Assembly (NCBI GenBank): GCA_053919585.1
Contig: CM132788.1
Source of the DNA: Euprymna scolopes
Lineage: Eukaryota
DNA length: 64,000 nucleotides
Reading direction: 5' to 3' (one strand)
Positions 62,191 through 64,000 of the stretch are shown here, one piece after another. Under the pieces are notes generated by a model. That model was not told the origin of the DNA, made no database searches, and saw nothing but the letters and a program-made list of their open reading frames with translations. How positions within the stretch are numbered: the first letter of the stretch is position 1; each line of letters starts with the position of its first letter. Position numbers and translations under genes: made by a program.

Positions 62191-64000
62191 GCTTATTTCA
62201 AAAAGCCGAATTATTAATGAAAAACAAAAATAAACTTTCACAAAAGCAGGATTTGTTTTTTTGTAAAAAGGGTCAGGGGTGAATTTCAACTGTGTTGAGA
62301 ACCTGGTTGATTGGGTGATGATTTGTTAATTTTTTTATTTTCTTAATGTTTTATTTACTTATTTACCCGTGTATTTAATCATCCATTTTCATGATGGTTC
62401 TAGGGAATGGAGTTTGTAGGGTAGAGTGTTAGGGAGTTAGGGTCTAAAGTCGAGGCCTTTGCCGATGTTATCTTAAACAAGTATATGGTTCGCCTGTCTA
62501 CTGCCCGCTGCCAGTCTGAGGCGTCTAAGAGTAAGTGTATCTTAATGCATTTAATTATTTCTTTTCATTTTTTAATTCATATTCCTATCTGCGAAAAGGT
62601 TAGGATTTAACCGGATCTATTTACCATTACTTGGGCTTCTAGGGAACGGTGGATTAAAGGGGCCGGTAGTAGAGCGCGAAAGAAAGAAAAGAAAAGGAGG
62701 GAATAGGAAGAAGATGCATATGGGGGAGATAAAAAAGGCGAAGAAATGGAAGAGAAATAAATGAGTGACGGGGAAAGAGAGGCATAATTTGTTTAATAGT
62801 GGAAGTTGTGTTTACTCTCACTTAAACAGAATCAGTTCTTACTAGAACACCTCTACTATTTATTATTATTATTATTTCATTTGTTCATTTAATGTTGGTT
62901 TATTTATTGATATATTTATAATGTTTAAAACATTTCATTATGATAAGAATTGTAAACTCAGACTGTATGTCATTACTAAACTTATGAAGGTCAAATATAG
63001 TACTTTTTAACGACAGCGATAATGATTATTAAAAGGAAGGTGATTGGATTTTTTTCCAGTTATTGTCTACTAATTAGCAATGATATAAGTTTACTAAAGG
63101 TTATATTGATTATTAATAAATAGTGCACGTAGAAAACTATGTATAGGAAGTTATCAATTCACTGATATCTTACAAAACCCCCCGGAGTAGACGTATACAA
63201 GTATTATCTGGAGTTATTTTCAACATCTATGGCACATACTTTTGTGCATAATTTACCGTTTAAATTTCGGTCACACTAAGTGATTATGGTATATAAAATG
63301 TGTGAAAATTGATCTTAGCGATTTTAAAGAGTTTTATTAGAGCGTTTCACTTTAGTTAAAATATAACAATTGGTTTTAGGGAGACAAAGGGTCAATGTGT
63401 GTAGTGCATGTTTCCTTCCAGTCACAAGATAATTGTGTTCTTCCTATTTTAGGTAAAGGCTTTACCAGATTTTAACCCATTTTTGTTAGTATCTAAGTTA
63501 ACAGCTAGGCAGCGTGCACGTCCACCACTTAGCTGAATTTTAGCTCGATATTAATGTTACAGGTGAATATTGTTCACGAGATTTGTAGGAAATTGTTATC
63601 AGGGGTGTGACAAACATGCATATGACAAATATTAATTCTGTAGTTGATGGATGGATTGGGTGGGATTATTAAGTATTTTAAGTATGTAAAAATTGTTTGT
63701 AATTGTTAAATATTAAAGGGATGCTTTATTAGTGCGTTGGTTTTACCAGGAAAAGTTTGGTTTTTTATGTAGTGTGTGTTTAGCGTGAAAGATTTGGATG
63801 TGTAGGTGTTTACCTGTCAGATATTGCATGTGGGTCGTGTCGGAGTCAAATTTTATTGCAATTATGAGGGAGTAATTACAAGTGAAAAAGCAGATTTGAT
63901 TTGTAATGCCTACGATTTATTGAGATTTTCTTTTTTTTAATTAATAGTTTATCCCTATCCTTAAATTGTGTGATAAAAAGGTTTTAATTAAAGCAAAGAA

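Overview
AT-rich eukaryotic non-coding DNA, probably intergenic or intronic sequence from an invertebrate; the taxon cannot be determined from sequence alone. The window has 12 N-runs of about 130-300 bp and many (TA)n microsatellites. No host protein-coding exon can be supported. The interpretable content is almost all decayed mobile DNA: (i) two CR1/L2-group LINE families, including one young 5'-truncated copy with an open RT C-terminal frame and poly-A; (ii) Penelope-like elements (PLEs; RT + GIY-YIG), one nearly full-length and flanked by ~300 bp inverted pseudo-LTRs; (iii) four copies of a maT-like (DD37D) Tc1/mariner derivative, a rosa-like MITE and other TIR elements; (iv) an R4/NeSL-type restriction-like endonuclease remnant, an RTE-like 5' UTR and a short Helitron-like element; (v) a 5S rRNA-derived sequence (candidate SINE3) and a tRNA-Arg-derived pseudogene. 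The most striking signal is RNA structure. At least seven minimal type-I hammerhead ribozyme motifs with palindromic stem III are present, mostly tied to PLE ends. Three related pLTR copies carry a U3:A8 core instead of C3:G8. There is also an HDV-like ribozyme candidate and a tandemly duplicated, hairpin-rich element with a compensatory base-pair change. All alignments and folds were done by eye, so boundaries are approximate unless TIRs or TSDs are cited.
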